The notes beneath the pieces are model-generated. The model was not told the DNA's origin. It did not search any database and saw nothing but the letters and a program-made list of their open reading frames with translations. A DNA stretch of 64,000 bases from the NCBI GenBank assembly GCA_048772705.1, contig JBLWGC010000224.1, forward strand, positions 1 to 64,000. The letters run 5' to 3'. The DNA comes from Leidyana gryllorum EB-2025a. Taxonomy: Eukaryota; Protista; Apicomplexa. Shown piece by piece: positions 48,250 through 61,419 of the stretch. Positions within the stretch are counted from its first letter, which is position 1; each line of letters starts with the position of its first letter. A program made the translations under genes and the position numbers.

Positions 48250-50702
48250 CTACCGACCCCCCACCATCAGAAAGGATTCATCTTGCAGGAATTTCTCTCT
48301 GAAGCCGAGATCATGCCAGTCCCCAGTATCGGCTTTCATCACTGCAGCAGCTCGCTCCGCTCTATGAAGTGCTCCATTAAGCATTCCCTTTATTATGGAG
48401 CATCCTTCATTCTTGAAGGTTTCATTGTACAGAGTGATCAGTTCACGAACTGCAGAAAAGCATTTCGCGAAATGACGGTCGGCCAAGTTCTTACGATGCG
48501 AAACAAGCCAACCGCAGATTGGTGAAGGGGCTGGTAGTATGGTCTTTCGGACTTCGCTTGAATGAGCCCATTCGTATCCATCGCACACGATGAGGGCGCA
48601 GGCAGCGACGGCAAAGAATCGTTCCTGAGGGGAATGACCGAGCGACCGCCGACCACGTACCTTCCAGAGCAGCTCATTACCTTCTGTCTTGGCATATCGG
48701 ACTGTGGCATCTTGGAGGTATTTACACCACTTCTCGGTCACATTAACGTTGCGAAGCAGGTCGGGATCATCACAGGATTTATCGGGCACCTCTTTGACAA
48801 ATTCGGTGGTGGGTAACACCGAGAGGTTGCGGGAACTCATACAATCCTGTGCGCGCGAAGCACGTCACTGCTGGGAAAGAATCGCTTACGGCAAACATTA
48901 GAAGGGAATGGGTTGGCAGCCAATCGAAAACCTTCATGTGCTGCGTAACATCTGCGTCGAGGTCCATGAAAGCTGATTGGGAGGCAGTAAGTGTTCCTGA
49001 TGTGTGGAGGACGAGTTGTGAAGTGCCGGCTCCGGCCGCCCATGGTCGCTCACTATGGATAAATTCTCGTTCGGGTGGATCGGCCCCGATCCACGTGCTG
49101 TCAGTTTGCACTCCGTGCAAATAGTAGCAGCTTATGGCATTCAACATGGCCCGGCCACCTGGACCCATATAGCCCAATTGGAGGGAGACGGCCCGAAGAC
49201 GCTGAGATATGTTGTGCCAGAGCGTCCGGCAGCGTTCACTGACCAGACTCTCCCAAGTCTGAAAGCGCGAGTTGAGCAAAATGGAAAGAAGCCTACCTGA
49301 CCCTCTCGACATTTCAGTATCGCGTATGATTGGCTGATCAAGAAGAGAGAACGGTCTACTAGGACAAGTTCAGCGTCCGAGAAGAGCTCTGCGACATTTC
49401 CGGCCAAGGCTTCCAGCAAGTCTTCAAAAACACGCAGCACTCCACACTTGAGAAGAGTGTCTACAGCTTTTCGTGCGGGAGCTTCGAGCCCATTGAGCTC
49501 GCTGTCACTGACTATATAGTCTCACCAGCTGATTCTGGGATCCCAAATTGGCTTCGAGTGCGGACTGCTGTACGCGCTCGTCTCAACATTTCGCAAAATG
49601 AGCAAGAACAACGCTTTTCGGGGTTCAGGCCTGAGTTCAGTGTCCATAAGGCAGGAACAGACTCGAACAAGTGTGTGAACTGTGGAGAAGAGTAGCAGGC
49701 CGCCATCTCGATGTGGAGGACTCACGTTCAAGCCCAGCCCCAATGTGAGCAGAGATTGGAGCAATGAGGCCACCATGTGATTAGTTTCCAAGTCGTCCTC
49801 CTGGATATGTTGTCGCGAGGCCATTAGCATATTCTCGACTCGCTCGTTGTCACACATTAGCCAAAACATGTTGGGGGTCGCTCTGTGGACGGGGCGAAGG
49901 CAGCATGAAGAGGTGGCACGAGAAGAGACAAGGGTACCTGAACGGGGGATATTCCAATAGTATGGAACGCATGAGATTGAGGAGACGTCGCGAGATCTCT
50001 CGTTGCCGAGCATTCATAGATGGAGGAGTCAAGCGGGCGAATAAATCAAGGAGGGGAGCGAAGAAAGTTGAGAAGCGCAAAGATGTCTGCCATTGCCACT
50101 GGATGTCCACGGAAGTACGATCGCGTTCACTTAGGAAGTAAACCAGCAGTGGGAGCACCCCCAGTTGGTCATCAACTGATGATGTACAGATGATAGATAT
50201 TCGGTACCGAGTCAGCAGACATACATGAATTTACTTGGAAAAGCATCCATCCTTCCAGGGTTTCAAGTAGGGGGGAGAGGTCGAGACGTTGCTCAGAGTC
50301 GTGTAAGGCAGCGTCACGGGCCAGATTGAGTGTTTGGACGATACACTCCCACCCCCCTTCGACAAGAAACTCCTCGAATTCCGTCAGTGAAGGTCCCAAG
50401 GCCGCAGGCAAGGGTACAGACAGTGTATGAATGAACAGAGGCCATGAAAAAGAGAGCCATCGTTCCGTGTCGGCAACCAGACCAGGAGACCTTGGGGGAT
50501 AGATCAGGCTGGGACTGTCCACCCCCGTCAGCGCTGCCGCGGCCGACACTGTAGGCTCCCAGTCTGCCGGTCTCGCGGAACTGTCCTCCGTGGTATCGGG
50601 ACACTCATTTGACACTTGTGTCTCAGTAGTACGACATCGATCTCGGACGCCCTGCAACTCGGCCAGATAGTTCTCACAATCCTCTTTCCACTGAGTCTGC
50701 AT
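48250..50702 (-). CDS. Large hypothetical Leu-rich helical protein, multi-exon
   Basis: Chain of same-strand ORFs separated by short GT-AG gaps. No family recognised and the 3' end is uncertain. Confidence 0.5.
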
Positions 50703-50756
50703 CCTAACGACGTGTTCTTATTATTTCGACACTAATTTTCAGTAGTCGCTCACCTC

Positions 50757-51859
50757 ATGCTCTCCACCTCTGCTCCACTCCGCTCGCTGCTCTTTCGCCC
50801 TTCCGTGCGGGCGCTGGCATTGACCCCCTGCAGCAGCAGAGCTGTCAGACCCACATTTTTCAAAGCGTCCTTGTTCGCCAAGACGCCCAAATTCGCTGCG
50901 ACCTGGGCGCCCCCTGCGATAGCTCTCAATGACCTGGACGGTGTGGTCGCCCAACATCTTCCAGACTCTCCTCACTGGAGGGCAGCTGCCAAAAACAACG
51001 TAAGGCCGTCGGCGGCGTGGCACAATGCATGGTACACTACAGATTGGCGAGGCGGACGTGCGACTTGCTCACGCTGTCTACACCCGCGAGGAGATGGATA
51101 ATGTCGAGATTACTCACATCGTCCCGCGCGGTCTCACTAACCGCGCCGCCTACGGCACCGTGTGGACCCTCCGTCGCTTGTACGATGTCGTGTCCGGTTA
51201 CGCCTTCGGCCTTCGGAATGAGGCTTGCATGATTCGTAGAATTGTCATCCTCGAAACGGTCGCCGGTGTTCCCGGCATGGTTGGTGCTGCTATCCGCCAC
51301 TTCCGTTCTCTCAGAAAAATGCGATGTGACTATGGATGGATCCATACACTCTTAGAAGGTACGCTATGCACTCTACAGAGATGTCGGCCACCCCATTCTC
51401 CCTCAGAGGCCGAGAATGAGCGTATGCATCTTATGACTGCTCTCCTGCTTGAGAATCCGGGCAAATTCGTCCGTGCTCTGGTTATGGCCGCTCAAGCTGG
51501 CTTCTTGGGTTTCTATACCCTCATGTACACCCTCTCTCCCGCGTATTGCCACCGCTTCGTAGGGTACCTCGAGGAAGAGGCGGTGAAGACTTACACCAAA
51601 CTCGTTGAACTAATTGACAAAGGGAAGCTCAAAGGCTTCGAAATCGCTGCCCCACCCGCCTCGCGCGCTTACTGGGGCTTGCCTGCTGATGCAACTCTAC
51701 GCGACGTCTTCCTTGCGATGCGTGCAGGTAAGGGTACCATCCAAGTGCACCTCCGGTTACTGTTCTCTCACCGCAGACGAAGCTCACCACCGGGAAGTGA
51801 ACCACGTCTTCGCTGATTTGGGCCCCGACAGCGTTAACCCGTTCCCCCCTGGATACTAG
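50757..51859 (+). CDS. AOX: Alternative oxidase, 4 exons
   Basis: Arg/Ser-rich presequence; LETVAGVPGMV, LLE|EAENERMHL, HRFVGYLEEEAVKTYT and RA|DEAHHREVNH. Confidence 0.96.
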
Positions 51860-51989
51860 ACCTTTTTTCCACAAGTTGTTAACATCAGAGAGATACCAAA
51901 CCTGCCATCCGGACCATAGCTTGGCGCGTGTGTGCGTACCCCGGCATACCGAAAAAGGCAAGAAATCCCTGTGCTAGAACAATTCAACG

Positions 51990-52208
51990 ATGGCTCTGGA
52001 ATGGTCGGACATCTTCAAATTCATCTGCGCCTTCTTCTTACCTCCATTGGGGGTCTTCTTTGAAGTTGGCTGTGATACGCACCTGGTTATCAACATCCTG
52101 CTCACCATCCTTGGTTATGTTCCAGGTAAGGAATGTGTGCGACTTGAATCACCATCATCATCTTGACCAGGAATTATACACGCGTTCTACGTAATCCTCA
52201 AGTATTGA
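51990..52208 (+). CDS. PMP3: Pmp3/RCI2 (UPF0057) proteolipid, 57 aa, 2 exons (absent from ORF track)
   Basis: MALEWSDIFKFICAFFLPPLGVFFEVGCDTHLVINILLTILGYVP|GIIHAFYVILKY*, with intron 52126-52170. Confidence 0.92.
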
Positions 52209-52256
52209 TAGATGTATATAGCCACCCTCACTTTTCGTCGTATTCACTCCTCTGTT

Positions 52257-52665
52257 CTATCCACATGATTTATGAGGCGTTGGCTGACTAGCTACAACAA
52301 ATTCGAATGGTTGACGGCATGTTGGACACAGATCGTCATTCACTCCAGACTTCTTTGGTGCCTGCTCGAACCATTCATCCAGGCAGTGCAAATGGAATTG
52401 ATGAGTACAACTTCCGTAACCAGGTGGACAGTGAGGGCCGGCGTACAAGCACCTGCAAAGATTGGTTGGAGAATGCAAAATTGATCCAGAATGTTGCGCA
52501 CTTTGGACAAGCCTTTTCGAAGGGTTCTTTGCAGATGGCACATTCGTCACTGGTCACATTCCACCGCCAGAAACCAACTGCCCGAACAGATACAACCTCG
52601 GCTGTAAACATTGGGTGTTCGACAAAGGGTGCACAACGCGTGGGTACAATAGCAATATGAGCCAT
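52257..52665 (-). CDS. APC11: Anaphase-promoting complex subunit 11-like RING-H2 protein, 2 exons
   Basis: AVGFWRW..CAICKEPFEKACPK|CLYAGPHCP..GSCTHQFHLHC..W..CPTCRQPF. The start may instead be 52611. Confidence 0.8.
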
Positions 52666-52709
52666 GGCACTAGGAACTTAAAGTCTGAGGCCCTTGAAAA
52701 AACCCTTTT

Positions 52710-53327
52710 ATGGACGAGCCGGACATCAATTTTGACCTGGATGAAAGGGTGAAGGGATTAGAATCGTATCTGGACGATGTGGTGCGCAAGAAGGTGGTTG
52801 ATGCTGAGGCTGTCGAGCGGGAGGTACACAATCAACTATTGGAACTGTAAGGCAAATGTAAAAAGTGGCTCTTTTCAAGTCACGTCCCCTGTTGTTCAGC
52901 CGCAATCTTCGAAGGCAATTGCAGCGATTGGTGAAGGAGAATCGTAAGGATCTCAAAGCCCTGATCGATTTGGGGTGTGAGACATTTGTGGAAGCATATG
53001 TGTAAGCGCGTGTTGCTAGCAGATTCTGTGTGATCGAAGAGTTCTATCTTTGCAGCCCTGATACTCAATTGGCATATGTCGCATTGGTGGGGGGATTCTA
53101 CATGCAGATGACTCCTCTTGAGGCGATAAGCTTCCTGGAAAAGCGCATCGCGATTCAGGAAGAGCGGCATGGTGTCGCCATTCAACGTCTGGCCTACGCC
53201 AAAACCGAAGTTCGAGTGGTAGGATATCTGATAATTGGACAAGTTGTCACACACCATTGTGTAGTTCATCAAAGCCCTGGGCACAATAATGGAGCTAGGA
53301 GCAGGTACTGGAGACGGCAGCCAGTAA
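52710..53327 (+). CDS. UXT: Prefoldin alpha-like protein UXT, 4 exons
   Basis: Spliced LIDLGCETFVEAYV|PDTQLAYVALVGGFYMQMTPLEAISFL. Confidence 0.82.
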
Positions 53328-53340
53328 AATTTAGGTACAA

Positions 53341-56300
53341 ATGCAGCTAGTTCCGCCCGTAGAGACCACTGACCCTAAAATAATTTCTGCTGAGAACCAC
53401 AGCACTTCAGAGCCCCCATCAGAAGCACCTCGAGGTGTTAGTGACGCGAATGTTGAGGAGGTTGAGGAAGAGGATGAGGACGAGGAATCAGTGTCGGACA
53501 GGAGCTGGAGGGGCGTCGGATCTGCATACCGATTAGTTCGTTTTCGCCCAGGGCATTGGATCACTTTTGAAGTACCCACCTCTCTAGCCAAGGATATCAC
53601 CAACTATCCCATGGGATTGCGAAGTAACATTCAGGAAGCTGTCATGAAACGATTGCATGAGATCGATTGGTTCAACAAAACTTCGCTCACTCCTCCTACT
53701 GAGAACGAGCCGGAACCGAATGGTACACAGAGCTTGGGGCGTACTCCAGAAACAGTAACTCGAAGTCTTCTGAGAGAGGAGCTGCAGTTAGCCGACGAAG
53801 ACTTGGAAACTGTTCAGCAAGTACCTCCGTCCAAATTGTTACCCCGTTTCTTATGGTACCAAAGAGAACTCGAGCACCACTATGGAGTGGACGAAATCAG
53901 AGAATTTACCGAGGGACCCACACGTGGGGGCAAGGCCTACTCGCGGGTTGCAGCTGCCTTGTCCGATCAGCCTCCACCTCCTGAAATCGTCGCCGCTGAC
54001 CCGCCCCCTGTGCCGCCTACAATCATAAGCGAGCTTGCCCCCGCTCCCGTTGCAGAGCAGCCGTCTACCGCCCCCGAATTAGGCCAAGCTGAGGCCGTTG
54101 TAATCCCAGCAGACAACGAAGAGTTACCCACAATGGAAGATGCCAAGAGTCCCTTGGTCATCCGTAAGAAGAAGAAACGCGTCATGCAGGTGAGCTCACC
54201 TCCACCTTCACTTCCATTCAGCCTTCAGGCGCAACATATTGGCACTCTGGCCCCTGTAGACGAGCTCCACGATCCACTATTCGGTACCGTGGGACCCAGT
54301 AACCACCGTGACCGGACCGATGCGCTGTCCCTAACAATTCGAGACATGGCTTTCCGTCTTAGCCGCCATGGGACTGTCGCAGATCCCAAAAGCTATCTGG
54401 GCAAAGGGGAAATGAGCTACGATAAAGACGACCCTTTCTTCGACGACGAGGATTTGGTGAGCGCAGATGACAGATCGTTGTTGAACTCTAACCCTTGACA
54501 GATCAATGAGATCGGACTCACCAAAGAGCAGTTCCTCGCGCGCATCCAAGAGAGAGACTCAGAGGATGAAGACCACGAGTCCGGCTCGGAGATAACCGAT
54601 GATGGTGAGTCACGAGAAGTCATTTTCTCCACTCATATGGTGTCACTTTTCAGATCACGGGATGGACAGACTCGGGGCCGTCTACGAGGGAACTGAAGAC
54701 TTGTTCTATTTGGATAACATAAGTGAGACGTCGGACTTGGGTGAAGAGGACGAGGAACCCGAAACAAAACCTTCGGAAGATACAAAGAAAGTGAAGGAAC
54801 CGCGTGTTATTGAGGTCTACGACTTCGTCAAACCGACAAATCTTCCCCTGGTTTTCAACCCCAAAGGCTGGAAAGCGTCCAGATCTAAGGTGAGCCTTCA
54901 TTGTGTTGACACAGATCATTGACTTCCTTTCCTTCTTTAGCTACCTGCCATGGCAATTCTCTTCTTCATGTCCCTTGAGCTCGTCATACCGCCAAAGCGA
55001 CTAACCATTCTACAGCGAAGTATCTTCGACACCTACGAACTGGTGCAAGTGGACACTTCGAAACAGCCTCCCGCCTTATCACTTAATGAGAAAAGTGTTT
55101 CACTGGTGACAGATTATCTGCGCGAGGTGTTTGCATATTGCTATGTAACCTTTCTGGCTCCGTTTGGTCCCCAAGCGGACCCCATACAAGGTACTGTTTC
55201 GTTGATCAACACCAGTCGTTGACCTCCTTGTGTGTAGGTATGTCAGAAGTTACTTTAGCTCGGAACAGCCGTGTGGTGACTGCACGCCTGGAGAAGAGCG
55301 ACATTGAGACGAAAAATGCTTTCACACATGGCTTTCCCGACCCGGACCCAGACACCCCCGCGTTGATTGACTCCGTCATTCGACAACAGATTACTCCTTA
55401 CGCACCTCCGGCAGATGTACTGAAACGGTGGTGGTGGACGGCGATAGCTGGACAGACCGCTCGGGTATTCGCTGTTGCTGAAGATAAAATGTATCATGCT
55501 TTGGAATCGTTCTTTCAGAAACACAGTGCAACTTTCACTGTTCCGGCGATGAACGAGCGAATAAAGGGGTGGTGTGTGCGGAGCAAACAAGCTGCAAAAC
55601 TACGACAACAACTGAGAGCGACGCTGGATGGTTCCGGCAAGGCGGATAGTGTCATAGAACTAGACGGCGACGGACCCCCTGACAACGCCCGTAACGAAGT
55701 CAATTCTGAATTGCGAGCTGTCGAAAGCGAGCTCGCAAGGGATGATGCAATGTTCCTGCCCTTCGACGAGCTGGCAAGTGTTGTTGTTGATTATGTTATA
55801 GCATATAATCTTCGGCGTAATGTATTCCGTGACTTGGCAGAAGCTGAACAGTTCCAGTTGATCTGGATCCTATACCCACCAGTGCCAAGCGGGGAGCCAT
55901 ATAATCCAGAGATTGACCGAGCGAAGATTGATAAGCTCTTCAGTCCAAGTTGGGCGTCAAGACTGATTCCGCTGATAGAAGATGCCAGCACGGCGGTACT
56001 GGAAGCAACTTTGAAACCCAATGTGGCGTGGCTGGAATGCCGTTTGAAGAAATTCCGTGAAATGCACAAGTGGCCCCAGATGTACGAGGATCGCAAGCTT
56101 CGTCCTGCGAAGCCTCAAATGGTGTTGAGCATGTCGACAGAGGCCAAGAAGGAGGAGCCGGTGTCCTCGGCGGCGGGAGGCCGGGGCAAAAAAGGAGATC
56201 AGAGTGGAGGGGTATCCACGACGAATAAACGCAAGCGTGCAACAGACGCTGGCGGGGCTGCCAAGGCTCCGAGCGGAGCGGGTGAGGAAGCGAACCCCCC

Positions 56301-57348
56301 ACCTAACAAGCGGAAGAGAGTTTCCAGTCAACAGACAACCAACCAGAACATGGCCGGGGGGGCGGCGGCTCAGGGAGCCAGTGGCCCCACTATAGTTGGG
56401 AGTCTTGTGCAACGGCATGATCTTACCCGAATACTGTCGTTGATCCAAGCATGTCCGCTGATGCTGCCTTTGAGGATGACGTGTCGTATTGCTCTGCCCC
56501 GGACGGGGGGAACCGCGATTGAGAGTGAGGGCCCCCCCACATCTGTTAGCAAAGCCAGCCGATCGCCGGCGACCAAACAGAGTGTCACTGGGTCCTCTGT
56601 GACGTCAGCGGGTGCGGACCAACTTGCTTCGCACCCTCAAGTACAGCTAGAATGGTATTTACATTCGATGGATAACTGGGAACGGCAGGACGTCACTCTT
56701 GTGAGCAAAGGTGTTGAAGGCATGAAAGACAATGCGCGTTTTGCTTCTGTGAGTGAGGCACTGAAAGCCGCTGAAAGTGCATTGGGAGGCACAGCTGTTC
56801 TGGACACGGCTATAAGTCTGAGTGAGGAGAAGCTGCGTCCCTGGCAGGTGTTCCAAGTTTCGTCGGCACCTGCGATGTTTCCGTTCAGTGGCAAAGGTCA
56901 CGGAGGGCTCGAGCCCCCCTCCGATCCGGAATTTAATTGGAGAGAAGGGATCGCAATACTAGATTTGTTGGCGATTCATTATTGGATACAGAAACATTCG
57001 ATACCAAAGAATGCAAAAGGCGACAATTGGGTGATACTGAATCTCGTCCTGGCCTCTGGGACAGAGCTCGCAGGCAAAGTTGGACCCTGCCGACGAATAC
57101 AGCTGCCGGCGAGCATCACCTCGGGAATAATGCAGTCAAGAATGGATTATGCTCCCCGATGCAAATCAACGGGAGAGATTGAGTTAGACCGCGTCCGAGC
57201 TGGTCAGCTTCAAACGCTGTCGCGCATCAACCAATATTTGTGCAATTTCTATCGCCACTCTATGAAACTTCCTTCTGCGCTCCGCCGGGGATCCGTATTC
57301 GGTTGCGGAAGCGGCACTGCGCGTTCGGATGAACCCCAAACACATTGA
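53341..57348 (+). CDS. Large nuclear protein with HPC2/ubinuclein (HRD/HUN)-like motif, multi-exon
   Basis: SYDKDDPFFDDEDL resembles the HRD motif. It also has acidic tracts and NKRKR NLS-like motifs, with the ORFs linked by short introns. Confidence 0.6.
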
Positions 57349-57350
57349 TT

Positions 57351-58262
57351 TTATGGTTCCCTACAATGAGGCCTTAACTCCGTTGTCACTCTCATTATTT
57401 CTGCCAGAGTCCTCATAATCCGCCATTGAGTCTTTGGGTTTATCACTTCATCGGCCGTCGACGCGTAAATCAAAGCAGTCCGTCGGAGCTCCTGCGTTCG
57501 CGACTGAAGGCTGTTGATTTTATTCAAATACTGCTCCCCTCGCTTCCAGGGCTTCAGGTCTGCCTCGATCTCGGCACATAAGTTGCGAGTCTCATCTGTC
57601 AACTCCTGAGCCTCGATATCCAACATCACCAGATACTCGTCCGTGTTCCCAACCGGATCCATCACCTCGTCATATCGAAGGATGTCGCTCGAAACAGCCA
57701 GCGGTGGAGCAGAATGTCGGGCAGAAGGTGCAACATGACAATCCGGACTATCACAGACGGTAGTATACCATCCGGAAAGATCGTAACCACGCACAGGGAG
57801 GTTCTCATTGGTACGCAGTCCCCATTGACCAGCGAATCTGGGCCTCACAGCGTTTCGGTCACCGATTTGCCCTACGTCCCACGCGATGTGGTCGCCGCCC
57901 TTATTCTCCCGATACCATCCCCTTATTCTCTCCTCTTTTATTTTAGGTGTGTCCTGCTTCTTCTTTGAGGATCGAAAGCACGAGAACCATCGCCGCTTCT
58001 CCTTTCGCTTTACAAGCGGCACTTCGATGCGGTCACCCTCATATGTATCGTAGTAATTCGCTGGCGGTCGGCCGCTTAGACCATCGGCTATCTCTCTGGC
58101 AAAGAACACCCCCGCCATCGTCACAGCCGGCCCGTCATACAGCAAAGCGCCACCACCATTGTACCCTGTATTACCACCTTGCGGCCCCCAAGTGTCGTTG
58201 GATGAATGATACCTCTGGTTATCACCCCCTGAGGCCCAATATTCCTGGTGGGGGGGTCGCAT
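57351..58262 (-). CDS. Hypothetical protein with C-terminal helical region
   Basis: Intronless ORF of about 300 aa; first ATG at 58262. Confidence 0.6.
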   Translation of the reverse strand: MRPPHQEYWASGGDNQRYHSSNDTWGPQGGNTGYNGGGALLYDGPAVTMAGVFFAREIADGLSGRPPANYYDTYEGDRIEVPLVKRKEKRRWFSCFRSSKKKQDTPKIKEERIRGWYRENKGGDHIAWDVGQIGDRNAVRPRFAGQWGLRTNENLPVRGYDLSGWYTTVCDSPDCHVAPSARHSAPPLAVSSDILRYDEVMDPVGNTDEYLVMLDIEAQELTDETRNLCAEIEADLKPWKRGEQYLNKINSLQSRTQELRRTALIYASTADEVINPKTQWRIMRTLAEIMRVTTELRPHCREP

Positions 58263-58287
58263 CACTTTGAACACAATCAAAAAAAAT

Positions 58288-59461
58288 CTAGTACCACGCT
58301 TCTTCTACTTCTGACGGAGACCCTTGCAGCTTGATTTCTTCAAGGAGCTTTTTGCTATCCTCTTCGTCTGGGTCCTTCTGTGTTTTGGTTGTGGCCAGTA
58401 TTCTATCAATCTTGTCCAGGATCTTACGAATCTGTTAGAACAAGAGTGCGGTGATTGCTATTTGTGTCTGCTGGTTGTGACTTACGTGGGGTGGTGGCGC
58501 TATAAACTCTTCAATGGCTTCGCGAACACGAAGTGGTATCTTGCGTTGGGGCGGTTCGCGACGTGTGTGCTTTTGGCTCTGCAACCTCCGACCATCATAC
58601 GGAAACATCGGAGCATCTACGCTCCGTCGGCCCATTGCCAAGCTGCGGGGTATAGGCGCTACATCGTATCCGGCGTATTGGTCGTCATGTTCAGAAACCC
58701 CCCCTATCTCATAATCATGGCCCCGTGGTGCTGACGGCGGTGGTGGTGCACTCTGTCTGATTGAAGATTCTGGGGGTTCAGACCTTTTTCGAGAATTCGA
58801 TCGGAAAGTACTCGCCAAGTCCTCTAGAACATCCAGGAGAGCCGGGGAGATTTCGCCATTGGAATCTGCTCCGTGTGCCGCTGCTTGGTTCAATAAATCC
58901 TGCAGATTTGGTGCAGCTACGTCTGAGATTCGATTCCCCATTGGGCGCACACAATTGTTTGCACTTCTCATGGTCGCACAGACGCATCCATACTATCATC
59001 CACGTCGGGCGGCTCGACGCAGAGCTGCCAGGGCGGCCGCCAACGAAGAGGTGTGGAGAGCTGCAAAATGGCAAGCGCCCCTGGCAGGCGCTGTCTCTGG
59101 GGTAGTGGCGTCAATTGCGACGGGGGTAGCTGGGGGGGGTCCAGGTCCGGCCTTAGAGAGCCTGTTGGTTCAAGGGACCCGAGGTACGGGAACGTGGGAG
59201 TTGTAGACGATCAGCATTGTTTGTTCAGGTACCTTGGGGACACTGGGACAAGCTTATGTTCAGACTAGGGACGACGAGCGCCCCTATAGGTATGGACAAA
59301 GAGCAGAGGACACAGATTGGTGGCGGGTAATGGCATGGGGACTTCTAGGGACTATCATTCTGGCTTGTTTGACATTCGCTGTTACCTGGGTCTTGCTTGG
59401 ACGAACGAAAGCGGAGAAAGCCGCTATTCGGCGCGAGCTTATCTATGGGCGTCAGCGTCAT
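58288..59461 (-). CDS. Hypothetical Pro-rich protein, multi-exon; start uncertain
   Basis: The 58435..58971 ORF plus flanking exons; the last exon ends EEAWY* at 58288-58290. Confidence 0.4.
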
Positions 59462-59466
59462 CCGCC

Positions 59467-60353
59467 TCAGTCCAATAGTCCGAATGCTTGATCGACCACT
59501 CGAATTTCGGTAGCAGTTGATTCGTGTCCCACGAATCCTGTCCAGTCGTTGACTACTGTCCCGGCGGCCAGCAAGTCAGTTCCTCTGTTGATAGTTCCCA
59601 CGGCCAGAGGGATATCAAGCATCCGCGACAGAGCTGTCACTTCAGCTTGGGGCGTCATGGCGTGGACCTGAGGTGGCACAACAAGATGAATTGGCGGACT
59701 ACGTACGAAGTGGGGGTGGGGTGGGCTGGAGTGGGGACCTCTCGATGTCTCCGCCCACACTGAATATATGATAGTTGGGCACTTACCATTCCTCCCTTGT
59801 TATTCAAAACGCAATACTGGCCAACCAGCACTTCGTTCTTTACTGTGGTGGTAAAGAGCTCTACGCCAAGAACGTCGCTGATGATCTCTCTTGTTTCCCG
59901 ATCGAGGTCAGGATGGCCAATGGCGACATAATCGTTACAGGCCACAACATTTCCCAATGCTGAAAGTCTCTCCTCCACTCTGACTACTTTTATAGCAGAC
60001 GGAAGAGAGTTTCTCAAATGCATCAACTCTTGATCAGTAGTGGTCGCAGGGACCAGCAAACCATTTTTGTTACCTGTGTGACACATTTCAGGTGGTGCGT
60101 GTGTGTGAGTCTAACTTACCCACGGTACAGCTGCCGACCACTTTGGCGCCAGCGATAGTGGTGCGAATCACAGGAATGTGTTCGGAACATTCGGCCTCGA
60201 ATGTGGAGTAGAAGTTTTCGTTAGCTCCGGAGGCAACCAGACAGTACTTATTGGTCAGTCGAGCGAAGACGCCAATCTCACTGGAGGATTCACACTTTGC
60301 ACCTGGGAGAGATGAGATAGTTGGGCAAACCAATTTGACTTACGGACTACCAT
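59467..60353 (-). CDS. EIF6: Eukaryotic translation initiation factor 6, 4 exons
   Basis: [48 protein letters not shown] and VVNDW. Confidence 0.95.
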
Positions 60354-60403
60354 TGTAAGTACCTCCTTGGAAAAAAATTGGTTCTTTTTACTACTGAAGA
60401 TCG

Positions 60404-60920
60404 ATGACCCGTGTACACCATCGAGGACTGACAGCTGATGAGGTGGAAGAGATTCGGGAGGCATTTAACCTGTTTGACACTGATGGAACAGGGCTTATAA
60501 ATCCTGGGGAGCTGAGGGCGGCGATGGAGTCTCTGGCGTTCGAAGATAAGAATCCGACAATATACAATATGGTGGTCGAACTACAGCGGGAAAACAGCGA
60601 GTCTATTGACTTTGAGCGCTTTTTACGGGCGCTCACCTCAAAGTTGGGAGACAAGGAAAGCAAGGAGGGGATTCGGAAGATCTTCGACCATTTCGACCAA
60701 GATCGAAAAGGTGGTATTAGCTTCAAGGATCTGAAGAGAGTAGCAGAAGAGTTGGGTAAGTGGTGGTTTTATGATGGCAGAACATGTGCTCTGATCGACC
60801 ACAGGCGAGCAACTGTCCGACGAGGAGTTGACTGAGATGATACACAGAGCGGACACGAATGACGACAACGAGATTTCTTTTGAGGATTTCTTCGCAATAA
60901 TGACTAGGAAAGCATTCTAG
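60404..60920 (+). CDS. Centrin (alveolate CEN2/ICL1-type), 2 exons
   Basis: GLTADEVEEIREAFNLFDTDGTG, KNPTIY, LKRVAEELG|EQLSDEEL.EMI.RAD and IMTRKAF*. Confidence 0.92.
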
Positions 60921-60942
60921 GGGCATTTTAGACTAGTGAGGA

Positions 60943-61419
60943 ATGCTGACGGACGACGAAATCGAGTGTCTTCGGGCTGCCTTCCAGGCTTTCAGCCGAA
61001 CACCCCTAGGCGATGTGGATCCAAGGGAGCTTTGGGAAGCGTTGAGCTATGCTGGTTGCGCGAAGGGTGATGAAGGGCAGTATCTGAAAGAGGTCTTGGA
61101 GCCATTAGTGTCTCTGGAGGTGTCCTCTATCACCTTTGAGGAGTTTCACCACATGTTGAGAAGGCGCTTGGGTCATGAGCGGTCACGATACGGTCACCGG
61201 CATCTTTTCGAATTGCTTGACCACGACAAGAAAGGATACATCGGACTGAGTGACCTCAAGACCATCAGTGTTGTGGCCGGCGAAAGGTCGAATTTTACAA
61301 TCTACGAACTCAAAGCCCTCTTCTCTGCAGTCACTGGTCGCAAAGATTACCATCTCACTTTTGACGAATTTGCTGCAGTACTCCACCAGTTAGATAGCTC
61401 TTCACCCAGAAGAAGATGA
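60943..61419 (+). CDS. Divergent centrin-like EF-hand protein, intronless
   Basis: LTDDEIECLRAAF, VDPREL, ITFEEF, DHDKKGYIGLSDL and LTFDEF. Confidence 0.75.
   Translation: MLTDDEIECLRAAFQAFSRTPLGDVDPRELWEALSYAGCAKGDEGQYLKEVLEPLVSLEVSSITFEEFHHMLRRRLGHERSRYGHRHLFELLDHDKKGYIGLSDLKTISVVAGERSNFTIYELKALFSAVTGRKDYHLTFDEFAAVLHQLDSSSPRRR

Noticed and set aside
59234-59491. 85-aa + strand ORF with a TM-like segment
   Set aside because: It has a TTG start, overlaps the eIF6 3' end and lies antisense to a probable minus-strand gene. Support is insufficient, though it is not fully excluded.
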